Below are positions 1-9,484 of a DNA stretch of 64,000 nt, in pieces (position 1 is the first letter of the stretch; the number at the start of each line of letters is the position of its first letter). The notes beneath the pieces are model-generated. The model did no database searches and had not been told where the DNA came from. It saw nothing but the letters and a program-made list of their open reading frames with translations. A program made the translations under genes and the position numbers. This DNA is from Acidimicrobiales bacterium (GTDB lineage: Bacteria > Actinomycetota > Acidimicrobiia > Acidimicrobiales > Bog-793), in assembly GCA_050013835.1 (NCBI GenBank), contig JBEKEM010000011.1:5896-69895 (forward strand), given 5' to 3'.

Positions 1-2
1 CC

Positions 3-695
3 GGAGTAGACGGACGCCTGAAGCTCATTCTTCTCGGGTCGCGTCGAAGCCGCCTCGCCTCGCCACTCATCGCCGCCTCCGGCGAGACGCCCTGGCCCAT
101 CGTGGCGATCAAGCAGGTCTTCCTGCAGGCCCTGCGCCGGTGCCATGTGATCCACCGCTTGCACAACGCCGTGGCGAAGGTCTCGGTGGCCGACCAGGAC
201 TCATTCAAGTCCGAGTGGTGGGAGGGCTTCGATCGCATCACCGAGCCGCCGGGTGATTGCGCCGTCGCCGAAGCCCGACGGCCCCTCGTCGGCTTCCGGG
301 TCCAGTGGGAGCGCGCCCTTCCGGCGGCGGTCGCTTGCCTCGTCGAGGGCTGGGAGAGCCTCACCATTCATCTACGCTTCCCGGCGGAGCACTCGAAGTG
401 CTGCGGGCACACGAATCTTCTCGAGCGCACCTTCGGCGAGACTCGATGCCGCACCAAGGTGACCAGCCGATCGCCCGGTGAGCGCAGTTGTGTCGCCCTC
501 GTCCTCGCCGCGCTCGACCGCCGGAGCCGGGGATGGCTCGGCATGACGATGTCACCTCGGGTGCTTCGTCGCCTTCAGGACCTCCGGCGCGAACTACTCG
601 AAGAACACGGAGAGCCTGACGCCGAAAACGTCATCCCAGCAGCCGCACGGCCTCGGAGCGAAACCTGCGCCTCGAGCTACTTACGCCAGTTGTGA
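3..695 (+). pseudogene. Degenerate IS256-family (Mutator) transposase, C-terminal part; runs off the left edge
   Basis: Frame open from nt 3. It contains IS256-like motifs AIKQVF..LRRCHVIHRLHN and HTNLLERTFGETRCRTKV...ERSCVAL. The expected catalytic 'sDG' reads 'SGE', and a segment upstream of it appears to be deleted. Confidence 0.8.
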
Positions 696-704
696 GGCGC
701 CACC
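681..704 (+). mobile_element. Putative right terminal inverted repeat of the IS256 remnant
   Basis: TTACGCCAGTTGTGAGGCGCCACC at the transposase 3' end resembles the TTACAC-N-GGAC-N-ACC pattern of IS256 ends. The partner repeat is outside the window. Confidence 0.45.
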
Positions 705-808
705 TCGGCAGCGCGCCGCCCCGTCAAGCACGCCGGCGCGGCGGCCAGCAACGGGATTCGTCCTCCGAGTAGGGGATGCTACGTTTCCGGCGTGCGGGAG
801 CGCCCTTA

Positions 809-2479
809 GTGGACGAGGAGGCGGCAACCGCGCCCGTTCCGGTTGCGGGCAACACGGGCGACGCGCCCCAAGGCGCGCCCAGCCGCACCCGCCGTCTCGC
901 CGTGCCCGCGACGCTAACGCTCGTCGGCTTCGTCGCGCTCGCCGTGCTCCTCTACTTCGTCTCGGCCCACACGGTGCGCGGGAACTCGGACGGGGCGACC
1001 GTCATCCTCGAGGGCCAGTCGATGAGCACCGGGCACCTGCTGCTCCACGGTTGGTCGCTCTCACTCGACTCCTTCTGGACCGTCGACGCCGTCGTGTACA
1101 TGTTCGCGGTGCTGTTCGCGGGCGTGCACGCCGCGTTCTTGAACCTCGTGCCCGCTCTCGTCGCCTCGGCCGTCATCGTGACGGGGGTGTACCTCGTCCG
1201 CGCCGACTGGCGCGGCGTGCCGGGTTTCACCGGGTCGGCGACCATCGTCGCCCTGCTCGCGCTGCCGAGCTTCGCCCTCGCCACCTTCTTCTTGCAGGGT
1301 CCGTTACACGTGGGGACGGCGATGCTGTGCCTCCTTGCCTTCGCCGGCCTGAGAAACGGTCGCTTCGGATGGGGGTGGGTCGTCGCGGTCGGCCTGTTGG
1401 CGGTGGGATGCCTTGGCGATCTCCAGACGGTCGCGCTCGGAGTTGTGCCGGCCCTGTTGGCGGGGGCCGTCGCAGCCGCACGCCGCCGCGACTGGAAGGC
1501 CGGGCTACCGACGTCCTCGGCGGCAGTCGCGAGCGTCGTCCTCGCGATCGTCGGCCGCGAAATCGCAAGGGCGATCGGCACCTTCGTTCTCATCAGTTCC
1601 GCCCCCCGGCAATCGATCTCGCAGATGATTAACAACCTCGGCGTGCTGCGCGACTACCTGCCCAAGATGCTCGGGGTGGGCACGGCCGGATTCGGGAGCG
1701 GCGGCGCCCCCCATTTCACCGAGTACGCCCACCTGGTCGGACTCATCGCCATCGCGGCCGGCGTGTTCGTTGCGCTGATCAGGCTCCTCCTCGGTGCGGC
1801 GAGAGGTCATTACGACGCCACCGCGGGCTCGCCGAACTGGCGGCTCGACGATCTGCTCGTGTTCGCGTTCTTCGGCGCGATCGTCGTCTTCGTCGCCCTC
1901 GCCATGCCCGCCAACACATCCGCCGCGCGCTACCTCACGGCCTCCGTCATCTTCGGGTCGATCCTCGGGGGCAGGCTGCTCGCTCGGGCCACAGTGCTGC
2001 TCCACGGCTCCCGAGGGCGGGTCCGTCGGTGGGGACCGAGGATTGCCTCCATCGTCGCGGTTGCGGTCGTCGGGGTCCTGTTAGTCGGCGTCGACTACAA
2101 CATCGCACAACCGAAACCGTTCCAGCGCTACGACCAGGTTGGCGCATTCCTCGAACGGCACGGCCTCCACGACGGGATCGGCGACTACTGGAGCTCGTCG
2201 ATCGTCACCGTCGAAACGGACGGGAGGGTCGCGGTCCGGCCCGTGACCGTCGCACCTAGTGGCCTACTCGTGCGGTACGCGCGGGAGACGACCACGGACT
2301 GGTACGCCGGTCACAAGTTCAACTTCCTCATCTTCAACACGCTCGACCCGTTCGGGAACGTCGATATCGCGACGGCCTTCTCCACGTTCGGCCGGTCCAG
2401 CTGGCATACCCGGATAGACGGCATCGAGGTGCTCGTCTGGAGGAATCCGTTTACCGTCTCGCTGCACGGCGTCTCGTAG
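809..2479 (+). CDS. Polytopic membrane protein, probable GT-C-fold (ArnT/PMT-like) glycosyltransferase
   Basis: About 12 hydrophobic segments, an acidic motif (NSDG..ILEG) in the first outer loop, and a soluble C-terminal domain (GDYWSS). GTG at 809 follows GGGAG; ATG 776 is an alternative start. Confidence 0.6.
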   Translation: MDEEAATAPVPVAGNTGDAPQGAPSRTRRLAVPATLTLVGFVALAVLLYFVSAHTVRGNSDGATVILEGQSMSTGHLLLHGWSLSLDSFWTVDAVVYMFAVLFAGVHAAFLNLVPALVASAVIVTGVYLVRADWRGVPGFTGSATIVALLALPSFALATFFLQGPLHVGTAMLCLLAFAGLRNGRFGWGWVVAVGLLAVGCLGDLQTVALGVVPALLAGAVAAARRRDWKAGLPTSSAAVASVVLAIVGREIARAIGTFVLISSAPRQSISQMINNLGVLRDYLPKMLGVGTAGFGSGGAPHFTEYAHLVGLIAIAAGVFVALIRLLLGAARGHYDATAGSPNWRLDDLLVFAFFGAIVVFVALAMPANTSAARYLTASVIFGSILGGRLLARATVLLHGSRGRVRRWGPRIASIVAVAVVGVLLVGVDYNIAQPKPFQRYDQVGAFLERHGLHDGIGDYWSSSIVTVETDGRVAVRPVTVAPSGLLVRYARETTTDWYAGHKFNFLIFNTLDPFGNVDIATAFSTFGRSSWHTRIDGIEVLVWRNPFTVSLHGVS

Positions 2480-2495
2480 TCCCAGCCGTGGCGCC

Positions 2496-2514
2496 TGCCG
2501 CTTCCGGAGCGGCA
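2496..2514. terminator. Short GC hairpin after the membrane protein gene
   Basis: TGCCGCT-TCCGG-AGCGGCA inverted repeat; no U-tract. Confidence 0.3.
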
Positions 2515-2561
2515 CAGCCGGTTTCCAGCCGGCGAGACAGCCGATCGGTAGCCTCGGCGTG

Positions 2562-3863
2562 ATGGCCGACAGCCCCGGGGCGTCGTTCTGCTTCCTCCAC
2601 ACGGCCGATCTCCACCTCGACACGCCGTTTCGCGACGTCCACGATCTCCCCCCCGCCGTCGCCGACGCCCTGCGGGAGGCGTCGCTGCAGGCGTTCGACT
2701 CCATCGTCGAGCTCGCCCTCGAGCGCAAAGCGGCCTTCCTCGTCGTAGCCGGTGATGTCTATGACGGCCCCGAGCGGGGCCTGCGAGCCCAGGTGCACTT
2801 CCACAAGGGGCTCTCGCTTCTCGCCGACGAGGGGATCCCGAGCTTCGTCGTGCACGGCAATCACGACCCGGTGACGACGGGCTGGTCGGCGATCAGTTCC
2901 TGGCCGCAGGGAGTGACGATCTTCAGGGCGGACTCCGTCGGCCTCGTCCCGGTGGAACGGGACGGCGCCGTCATCGCCACCGTCCAGGGCATCAGCTACG
3001 CGACCCGCGAGACGACCGAGAACCTCTCGCTGCGCTTCCGGCGACCCGACGGACCGGGCGTCCACGTCGGCCTGTTGCACTGCAACCTCGACGGGAGCCA
3101 GGACCACGATGCCTACAGCCCCTGCAGCCTCGCTGACCTGCGAAGCGCGCGACTCGACTACTGGGCGCTCGGCCACATCCACACCCGCCGGACGATCCCG
3201 GGCAACGGACCCGGGGATCCCTGGATCGTCTACTCCGGAAACAGCCAGGCCCGCAGCCCCAAACCGAGTGAACAGAGCGCCAAGGGGGCCGTCGTCGTCC
3301 ACGTGCGTGACGGCGTCGTCGCCGACGTCGAGTTCGTGCCGTGCGACCGCGTGCGCTTCGAGGAGATCGAGTGCCCGATCGAGGGCCTCGCCGACCTCCC
3401 GGCACTCGCCGGGCGCCTCGCCGATCTCGCCAGCGAGCGGATCGCGGCGGCCGAGGGCCGCTCCGTCATCCTGCGCGCCCGGCTCAGCGGCCGGGGCGAG
3501 CTCCACACCGTCCTCACCCGGCCGGGCGCCTGCGACGAGATCCTGCGGGAGGTGCGCGACGACACCGGCGGCCGTCCACCGTTCTGCTGGTGGGACGAGA
3601 TCCGGGACGAGACCCGGGGGGTCATCGACCGGGAGACGCTGCGCGGACGAGGTGATTTCGCGGCGGACCTCGTCGAGTTCGCCGAGGGCGTCCTGCTCGA
3701 TCCCGCCGTTCAGGCGAGCCTGGCGGCAAGCGTCGTCACCCAGGCTCCCGGAATGTTCGCCGCGGTTCTCGACGGGATCGTCGGCCACAACGAGCATCTC
3801 ACCCGGCTCGTCGACGAGGCCACAACGGTCGCCCTCGACGCCGTCACCGGTGACGAGCCGTGA
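2562..3863 (+). CDS. DNA repair exonuclease, Mre11/SbcD-like metallophosphoesterase (YhaO family)
   Basis: Motifs DLHLD, GDVYD, GNHD, LLHC, WALGHIH, YSGNSQ. TAGCCT lies 7 nt before ATG 2562. Confidence 0.9.
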   Translation: MADSPGASFCFLHTADLHLDTPFRDVHDLPPAVADALREASLQAFDSIVELALERKAAFLVVAGDVYDGPERGLRAQVHFHKGLSLLADEGIPSFVVHGNHDPVTTGWSAISSWPQGVTIFRADSVGLVPVERDGAVIATVQGISYATRETTENLSLRFRRPDGPGVHVGLLHCNLDGSQDHDAYSPCSLADLRSARLDYWALGHIHTRRTIPGNGPGDPWIVYSGNSQARSPKPSEQSAKGAVVVHVRDGVVADVEFVPCDRVRFEEIECPIEGLADLPALAGRLADLASERIAAAEGRSVILRARLSGRGELHTVLTRPGACDEILREVRDDTGGRPPFCWWDEIRDETRGVIDRETLRGRGDFAADLVEFAEGVLLDPAVQASLAASVVTQAPGMFAAVLDGIVGHNEHLTRLVDEATTVALDAVTGDEP

Positions 3864-6403
3864 AAATCACCGCGATTCACGTCGACGGCTACGGCACGCT
3901 CGCCGGGCTCGACCTTGACGGGCTCTCCCCCACCCTCTCTGTCGTCTACGGGCGGAACGAGGCGGGGAAGTCGACGCTGCTCGACTTCGTCCGGGCGGTG
4001 CTCTTCGGCATCCCCGACCGCCGGAGCCGCCAGAACCGGCGCGAACCGCTGCGCGGCGGCCGCCACGGCGGCACGTTGCGCCTCCTCGACGCCGACGGGC
4101 GGCCCTGGATCCTCGAACGCCACTCGGACAGCCGCGAGCCGGTGCTCACCGGTCCCGATGGACACCTGGGCGGCGAGGCCGAGCTGCACGCCCTCCTCGG
4201 CGGGGCGAACGCGGGCCTGTTCCGCTCGATCTTCGCCTTCGGGCTCGACGAGCTGACGTCGCTGGAGACGCTCGACGACGACGACGTGCGCGACCTCGTG
4301 TTCACGGCCGGGGTGCTGGGCGCCGGTCGGTCGGCGACTCGTGCCATGCGCGAGCTCGAGAGCCGGCGGGCGACCATCGTCCGCCCGCGCGCCGACGCTG
4401 CGGCCAACGACCTCCGCCATCGCCTCGACGCCGTCGACAGCAGCCTGCGCGCGACGCGCGCCGCGGCCGAGAACTACGCCTCGGCCCAGGCCGAGTACCG
4501 CCGGCTTCGCGTCGCGACCCGATCCGCCCGACAGTCACTCGAGGAACTGCGTCGCCGGGACATCGAAATCGACCGCCTGCAGAGGTGCTGGCCGTACTGG
4601 AACCGGATCCACGATGGCGAGTCCCGGCTCACCGCCCTCGGCCCGCCGGACGAGGCCGAGACACGGCTTCTCGAGCTCGCCCCCGAGATCCGGCGCCTCG
4701 ACGCCGATCGTTCGGCCCACGCCCTCCGGCTCGCCTCCCTCCGACAGCAACGGGCCGATCTCGCCGGGATCGAGCGATCGATCGGTGAGCTCCGGGAGCA
4801 ACGGACACGCCTTGCACGATCGAGTACGCCCCCGCCGCCCGCCGACGGGCCGACCGACCCCGACGGGCCGCCCCGGGACGAGGTGGAGCTGCGGCGCGCC
4901 GAACAGGACGTCCAGCTCCTGCGCGGCCTTATCGGCCAGCGCGACCAGCTGCTCGCCGGCCAGACCCAGCAGGCGGCGATGGAACGGATGACGCGGCGCT
5001 CGCATGGTGCGGCGCGACCCCGGGTCGCCTTCGTCCTTCTCGCCGCCGCGGCGGTCGCCACGGTCGTCGTCGCTGCCAACGAGTTCGCGGCGCGCCACGC
5101 CGCGCCCGGCGCTCTCGGCATCGCGATAGCACTCGCCCTCGCGGCGACGGCGCTCGTCCTCGCCGGATCACGCCCACGGCCCGCAGAGTCGTCGGCTGGC
5201 CCGAGCGCGTCGGGCCCCGCCCCGGTCGACCCGCAACGCCTCACCGGCGAGATCGCCCACACCGCCCAGTCACTCGGGCTCGCCGCGGCGCCAGCACTCG
5301 TCGAGGTGGAGACTGTCGCCGCCCGCCTCGAGCAGGAGCGGGAGGGACGGCGACGCGCCGACGAGCTCGAACGCGCCGTTTCCGAACTGGACGACCGCGT
5401 CGCCGAGCGCGAGGCGGCGCATCGTCGGGTGTCGCGCGCGATCGAGGTCCAGACCGCCACGGTCGATGCCTTCGAGGACGCCGTGAACCGCGCCGCGGCG
5501 ACGTGCAGGCTCGGGACAGAGGGCTCAGCCGTCGACGTCTGTGGGCGGCTCGCTGCCGCGCTCGCAGCCGCCGAACAGGCCGCTGGAACCCGCCGGGGAC
5601 TCGTCAGCGCGATCGAAGCCGCGAACGCCGATCTCAGCGAGGCAGCCGGGTTCGGTCCCGAGGCCGACCGACTGCGCCTGGAGCTCTCGGCTGCCGACCC
5701 GGTATCGTGGGCGGCACAGAGCGACGAGACCAAGGAAGGCGTCGCCACCGCCGAGCAGGAGTTCGAGGCCACCCGAGACGCCGAACGCGACATGGCCCGG
5801 ACTCTCGACGAGCTCCGCACCTCCGACGAGATCGCCCGGCTCGAGGTGGAGCGGGCCTCGCTTGCGACCCAGCTCGAGGACGCCCTCACGGAGTGGGTCG
5901 TGCTCGGGATGGCGCACCGGCTGCTCGAGGGCACCGTCGCCCGCTACGAGCGCGAGAAGCAGCCCGCCGTGATCGCCCGGGCGAGCGAGCTGTTCAGCGA
6001 CGTGACCGCCGGCCGCTACGTCCGGCTGGTCGCGCGGGAGGACGACCGCGCCGTCCACCACGACATCACCGCCATCTCGGCGGCCGACGAGCGCGTCGAC
6101 TCGGGGTCGCTGAGCCGCGGCACCGCCGAACAGCTCTACCTCTGCCTGCGGCTCGGCCTCGCCGCGGCGCACGCTGAACGCACCGTCTCTCTTCCGTTCG
6201 TCCTCGACGACGTGCTCGTCAACTTCGACCCCGCGCGCGCCGCTGCCGTCGCCCGTTCGATCGCGGCGCTCTCACGCTCGCACCAGGTGCTCGCCTTCAC
6301 CTGCCACCCCCACGTCGTCGACGTCTTCGCCGCGGCCGACCCGGACTGTGTGGTAATCGAGCTCCCGCTCGCCGAGATGGCGGGGACGGCGCCCGGACCG
6401 TAA
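3860..6403 (+). CDS. SMC/Rad50-like AAA ATPase (YhaN/AAA_27 family)
   Basis: Walker A GRNEAGKST, coiled coils, signature LSRGTAEQLYLCLR, Walker B VLDDVLVNFD, H-loop FTCH. GTGA overlap with the nuclease gene. Confidence 0.9.
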   Translation: MKITAIHVDGYGTLAGLDLDGLSPTLSVVYGRNEAGKSTLLDFVRAVLFGIPDRRSRQNRREPLRGGRHGGTLRLLDADGRPWILERHSDSREPVLTGPDGHLGGEAELHALLGGANAGLFRSIFAFGLDELTSLETLDDDDVRDLVFTAGVLGAGRSATRAMRELESRRATIVRPRADAAANDLRHRLDAVDSSLRATRAAAENYASAQAEYRRLRVATRSARQSLEELRRRDIEIDRLQRCWPYWNRIHDGESRLTALGPPDEAETRLLELAPEIRRLDADRSAHALRLASLRQQRADLAGIERSIGELREQRTRLARSSTPPPPADGPTDPDGPPRDEVELRRAEQDVQLLRGLIGQRDQLLAGQTQQAAMERMTRRSHGAARPRVAFVLLAAAAVATVVVAANEFAARHAAPGALGIAIALALAATALVLAGSRPRPAESSAGPSASGPAPVDPQRLTGEIAHTAQSLGLAAAPALVEVETVAARLEQEREGRRRADELERAVSELDDRVAEREAAHRRVSRAIEVQTATVDAFEDAVNRAAATCRLGTEGSAVDVCGRLAAALAAAEQAAGTRRGLVSAIEAANADLSEAAGFGPEADRLRLELSAADPVSWAAQSDETKEGVATAEQEFEATRDAERDMARTLDELRTSDEIARLEVERASLATQLEDALTEWVVLGMAHRLLEGTVARYEREKQPAVIARASELFSDVTAGRYVRLVAREDDRAVHHDITAISAADERVDSGSLSRGTAEQLYLCLRLGLAAAHAERTVSLPFVLDDVLVNFDPARAAAVARSIAALSRSHQVLAFTCHPHVVDVFAAADPDCVVIELPLAEMAGTAPGP

Positions 6404-6418
6404 CGAGCGCGGGCGCGC

Positions 6419-7030
6419 TCAGTCCCCGACGGAGTCGGCGCGGGCGAACGAGGTCGCCTCGCCCCACCCCGTCACGACAGCGACGAAGATGACGAACGTG
6501 AGGATGTGGACGCCGGTGCACCACACGCAGATCTTGCCGATCTCGTAGAGCTCGGCGTAGACGAAGTAGCAGACGAAGCCGATCCCGCCGACCGCGAGGG
6601 CGAGACGCGCCGGGGCGACGAGGGGGATCCGCGAGCGCCAGAACACGGGTAGCGCCGAGACGAGCATGGCCACGAAGTAGACGAGCCCCAGCACGGCGAC
6701 GGGGATGCCGAGAATCCGCGACTCCGGGCTCGTCAGTACGGCGCTGCAGTTGATCGGGCCGGTGTCGGGACACGACAGCGGCACGGCCGTCGTGTACTCG
6801 ACGAGCGTGAGATAGACGGCGATGCCGATCCCGGCGATCGACGCGCCCAGCGTGACAAGCATCCGCGCGCTCCTCGGCGCGCGCTCCGGGGCGGACGTGT
6901 CCCGCGCCGGAGCCGGGCGCGACCGGAGACCACCCACCGGCAGGGAAAATCGCCGCCGACGTGGCGGTGGTGGCGGTGCCGCCGGAGTCGCCTTGCGGCG
7001 CCCGCGAGCTGCCGTCGGGGGTTTCGGCAA
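6419..7030 (-). CDS. Vitamin K epoxide reductase (VKOR) family membrane protein
   Basis: Loop cysteines C-PDTGPIN-C followed by VLTS, then transmembrane helices and the active-site CVWC. Arg/Pro-rich N-terminus; start uncertain (TTG). Confidence 0.9.
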   Translation of the reverse strand: MPKPPTAARGRRKATPAAPPPPPRRRRFSLPVGGLRSRPAPARDTSAPERAPRSARMLVTLGASIAGIGIAVYLTLVEYTTAVPLSCPDTGPINCSAVLTSPESRILGIPVAVLGLVYFVAMLVSALPVFWRSRIPLVAPARLALAVGGIGFVCYFVYAELYEIGKICVWCTGVHILTFVIFVAVVTGWGEATSFARADSVGD

Positions 7031-7032
7031 GG

Positions 7033-8028
7033 CTAGGAGACCTTCTTCGCTACCGCGATCGCCTTCTCGGCAGCCCTCACGCCCGGGGAATCGCAGACAG
7101 CCGACGGCCTGCCCCCGTCGGAGCGGCAGATTGCCGCCGTCATGAAGTTCGTCTCAACGTCGAAGGCCACTGCGTTGATGGACCCGCCGTAGGGGGAGGC
7201 CGGGTCGGCGATCGCCTGGGCGATTTTTTGCATGTCACCGGTCCCTGCACCGGCGATGGCGGAGATGGGAGGGGAGTCGAGCGAGGGGACGAGGAAGGGC
7301 GGAGCGCCCGTGGTCACGTCCTGGTTGGCGATATCGAGGAACGGGATCGCCGCGGTGGTGTCGTACGTGGTGACGAGCTCGTCCACGTTCGTCGGCATGG
7401 CCTGCAGCGTCTTGCCGAGGCGGTCCTCCGTCTCGTAGGACGTGAAGGCAACGTACTTGCTCGTGTAACTCGCGCCGAGGAAGGAAAACGTTGGGACGGG
7501 GGCGAGGTCGGTCGATGACGTGGTTTCTTTCAGCCCGGTGAATGTGCCGAACCGCAGCAGCGCCGCCACGAGCGACCAGCGCATGATGGCGCAGTACGGG
7601 CAGTACTCGGCGCCGATGTAGACGATCCGCGGCAGGCCGTGCTCGGTGAGGTCCGGCTGGCTCTTCAACTCGGTGAAGGGATCCGTGTGGGCTCCGGTCC
7701 CGGCCGAGTTGTATACGGACACCGGCACGCCCGCGAGCGCTGTCTCGACCGCGGCCGGGACGGCGGCAGGGTTGTCGCCGGAGGTGACCCCGGCCGAGCC
7801 GTTCGAGGACGTGACCTTCACGATCACGAGGACCGCGACGATCGCCACGACGACACCGACCACAACCCAGCTCACCCGCGACGATCCCTGCCGGTGGGTG
7901 CGCTGGTAGCGGCGCTCGGCGCTCGCCGAGCGGGAGGCGGGCACCGGCTGGCCACCCAGGCGGCGCGGGCCCGATCCGGGCTGCTGCGAGGCGGCGGGAC
8001 GGCGCGAACGTCGTTTGCGTGAGGCCAT
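7033..8028 (-). CDS. DUF929-family membrane-anchored thioredoxin-like protein (CPYC)
   Basis: Basic N-terminus plus one transmembrane helix, then YIGAEYCPYCAIMRWSL...FGTFTGL...PTFSF and IPFLD (cis-Pro loop). TAGGAT -10 and GGGGAG RBS upstream. Confidence 0.8.
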   Translation of the reverse strand: MASRKRRSRRPAASQQPGSGPRRLGGQPVPASRSASAERRYQRTHRQGSSRVSWVVVGVVVAIVAVLVIVKVTSSNGSAGVTSGDNPAAVPAAVETALAGVPVSVYNSAGTGAHTDPFTELKSQPDLTEHGLPRIVYIGAEYCPYCAIMRWSLVAALLRFGTFTGLKETTSSTDLAPVPTFSFLGASYTSKYVAFTSYETEDRLGKTLQAMPTNVDELVTTYDTTAAIPFLDIANQDVTTGAPPFLVPSLDSPPISAIAGAGTGDMQKIAQAIADPASPYGGSINAVAFDVETNFMTAAICRSDGGRPSAVCDSPGVRAAEKAIAVAKKVS

Positions 8029-8132
8029 GGCGATACCTGCTCCCCTGTCGAGACCGTCGGCATCCTACTGGCCGAAGCTGAGCCCGATCTGTTAGCCCGC
8101 AGGCGCGCGGCTGGGTGACAGGCGCCCCCGCC

Positions 8133-9398
8133 TCAACCCTCAGTGCCCTCGGTGCCCCCCGCCGCGCCCGGGTCGCGGAGCGTCTGGCGGATCTTCGCGA
8201 CGACTACCTCGGAGCGGTTGGCATCGTCGCCCTTCTCGGCGAAGAGCACCTGCCGGTCGGCCGCCGCCTCGGCCTCGGCTCCCGCGTCGGCGGCGGCGAG
8301 CCGAGCCTCGATCCCCTCGGCGACGATCCGCTCCGCCTCGGCCACGAGGGCCTCGACCATCTCGGCCTCCGGCACGACCCGGACGATCTTCCCCCTGATG
8401 AACAGGTGACCTTTGTGGCGGCCGGCGGCGATGCCGATGTCGGCGCCGCGGGCCTCGCCCGGGCCGTTCACGACACAGCCCATCACGGCGACCTGGAGGG
8501 GGATCTGGCGAGCCTCGAGCGCTTCCTGGGCGCGCCGCGCCACATCGATGACGTCAATCTCCGTGCGGCCGCACGACGGGCAGGCGATGAGGTCGAGCCC
8601 TTTGCGCTCGCGCAGCCCGAGCGCCTCGAGGAGCTTGCGGCCCGCCCGGGCCTCCTCGACGGGGTCGGCGGTTAGCGAGAAGCGGATCGTGTCGCCGATC
8701 CCCTCGCAAAGGAGCGTGGCGATCCCCGCCGTCGTCTTGATGAGCCCGCCGGGCAGCGGGCCGGCCTCGGTCACGCCGAGGTGGAGCGGGTGGTCGAAGG
8801 TCGCCGAGGCGAGGCGGTACGCCGCCACCATGAGTGGCACGTTGGAGGCCTTCACCGAGACCTTCACGTCCTCGAAGCCGACCTCGGCAAAGTAGGCGAG
8901 CTCGATCCGGGCCGACTCGACGAGCGCCTCCGGGGTCACCCCGCCGTACTTCTTGTAGATGTCCGGGTGGAGCGAGCCGGCGTTCACGCCGACGCGGATC
9001 GGCACACCGCGGTCGCGCGCCTCGGCGGCGACGAGCCGGATCTCCTCCGGCTTGCGCAGGTTACCGGGGTTGAGCCGGAGCCCGTGGACACCGGCCTCGA
9101 GGGCGGCGAGCGCCATCTCGACGTGGAAGTGGATGTCGGCGACGATCGGCACCGGTGAGCGCGGAACGATCCGGGCCAGCCCCTCGGCCGCCTCGGCGTC
9201 GTTGCAGGTGCACCGCACGATGTCGGCCCCGGACCCGGCGAGCTCGTAGATCTGCGCCAGCGTCCCCTCGGCATCGCCCGTCTTCGTCGTCGTCATCGAC
9301 TGCACCGAGATCGGCGCGCCGTCGCCGATCGGCACCGAACCCACGTTGATGCGGCGGGTCGGTCTCCTCGGGGCCATGTTCAGCTCGGCAATCTCCAC
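8133..9398 (-). CDS. ispG: 4-hydroxy-3-methylbut-2-en-1-yl diphosphate synthase (flavodoxin)
   Basis: ISVQSMTTTKT, ADIHF, RLNPGN, GVNAGSL, HLGVTEAG, GIGDTIR, CPSCGR, MGCVVNGPGE. Start is GTG 9398 after GGAAGG, or ATG 9377. Confidence 0.96.
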   Translation of the reverse strand: MEIAELNMAPRRPTRRINVGSVPIGDGAPISVQSMTTTKTGDAEGTLAQIYELAGSGADIVRCTCNDAEAAEGLARIVPRSPVPIVADIHFHVEMALAALEAGVHGLRLNPGNLRKPEEIRLVAAEARDRGVPIRVGVNAGSLHPDIYKKYGGVTPEALVESARIELAYFAEVGFEDVKVSVKASNVPLMVAAYRLASATFDHPLHLGVTEAGPLPGGLIKTTAGIATLLCEGIGDTIRFSLTADPVEEARAGRKLLEALGLRERKGLDLIACPSCGRTEIDVIDVARRAQEALEARQIPLQVAVMGCVVNGPGEARGADIGIAAGRHKGHLFIRGKIVRVVPEAEMVEALVAEAERIVAEGIEARLAAADAGAEAEAAADRQVLFAEKGDDANRSEVVVAKIRQTLRDPGAAGGTEGTEG

Positions 9399-9484
9399 GC
9401 TCACCTTCCCCGATTCCGCGGCCCTGCGGGCGCGGCCGTGCCCCCAGCCTACGGCCCGGGCCCGCTTCGGCCCATCCGGGCCGG

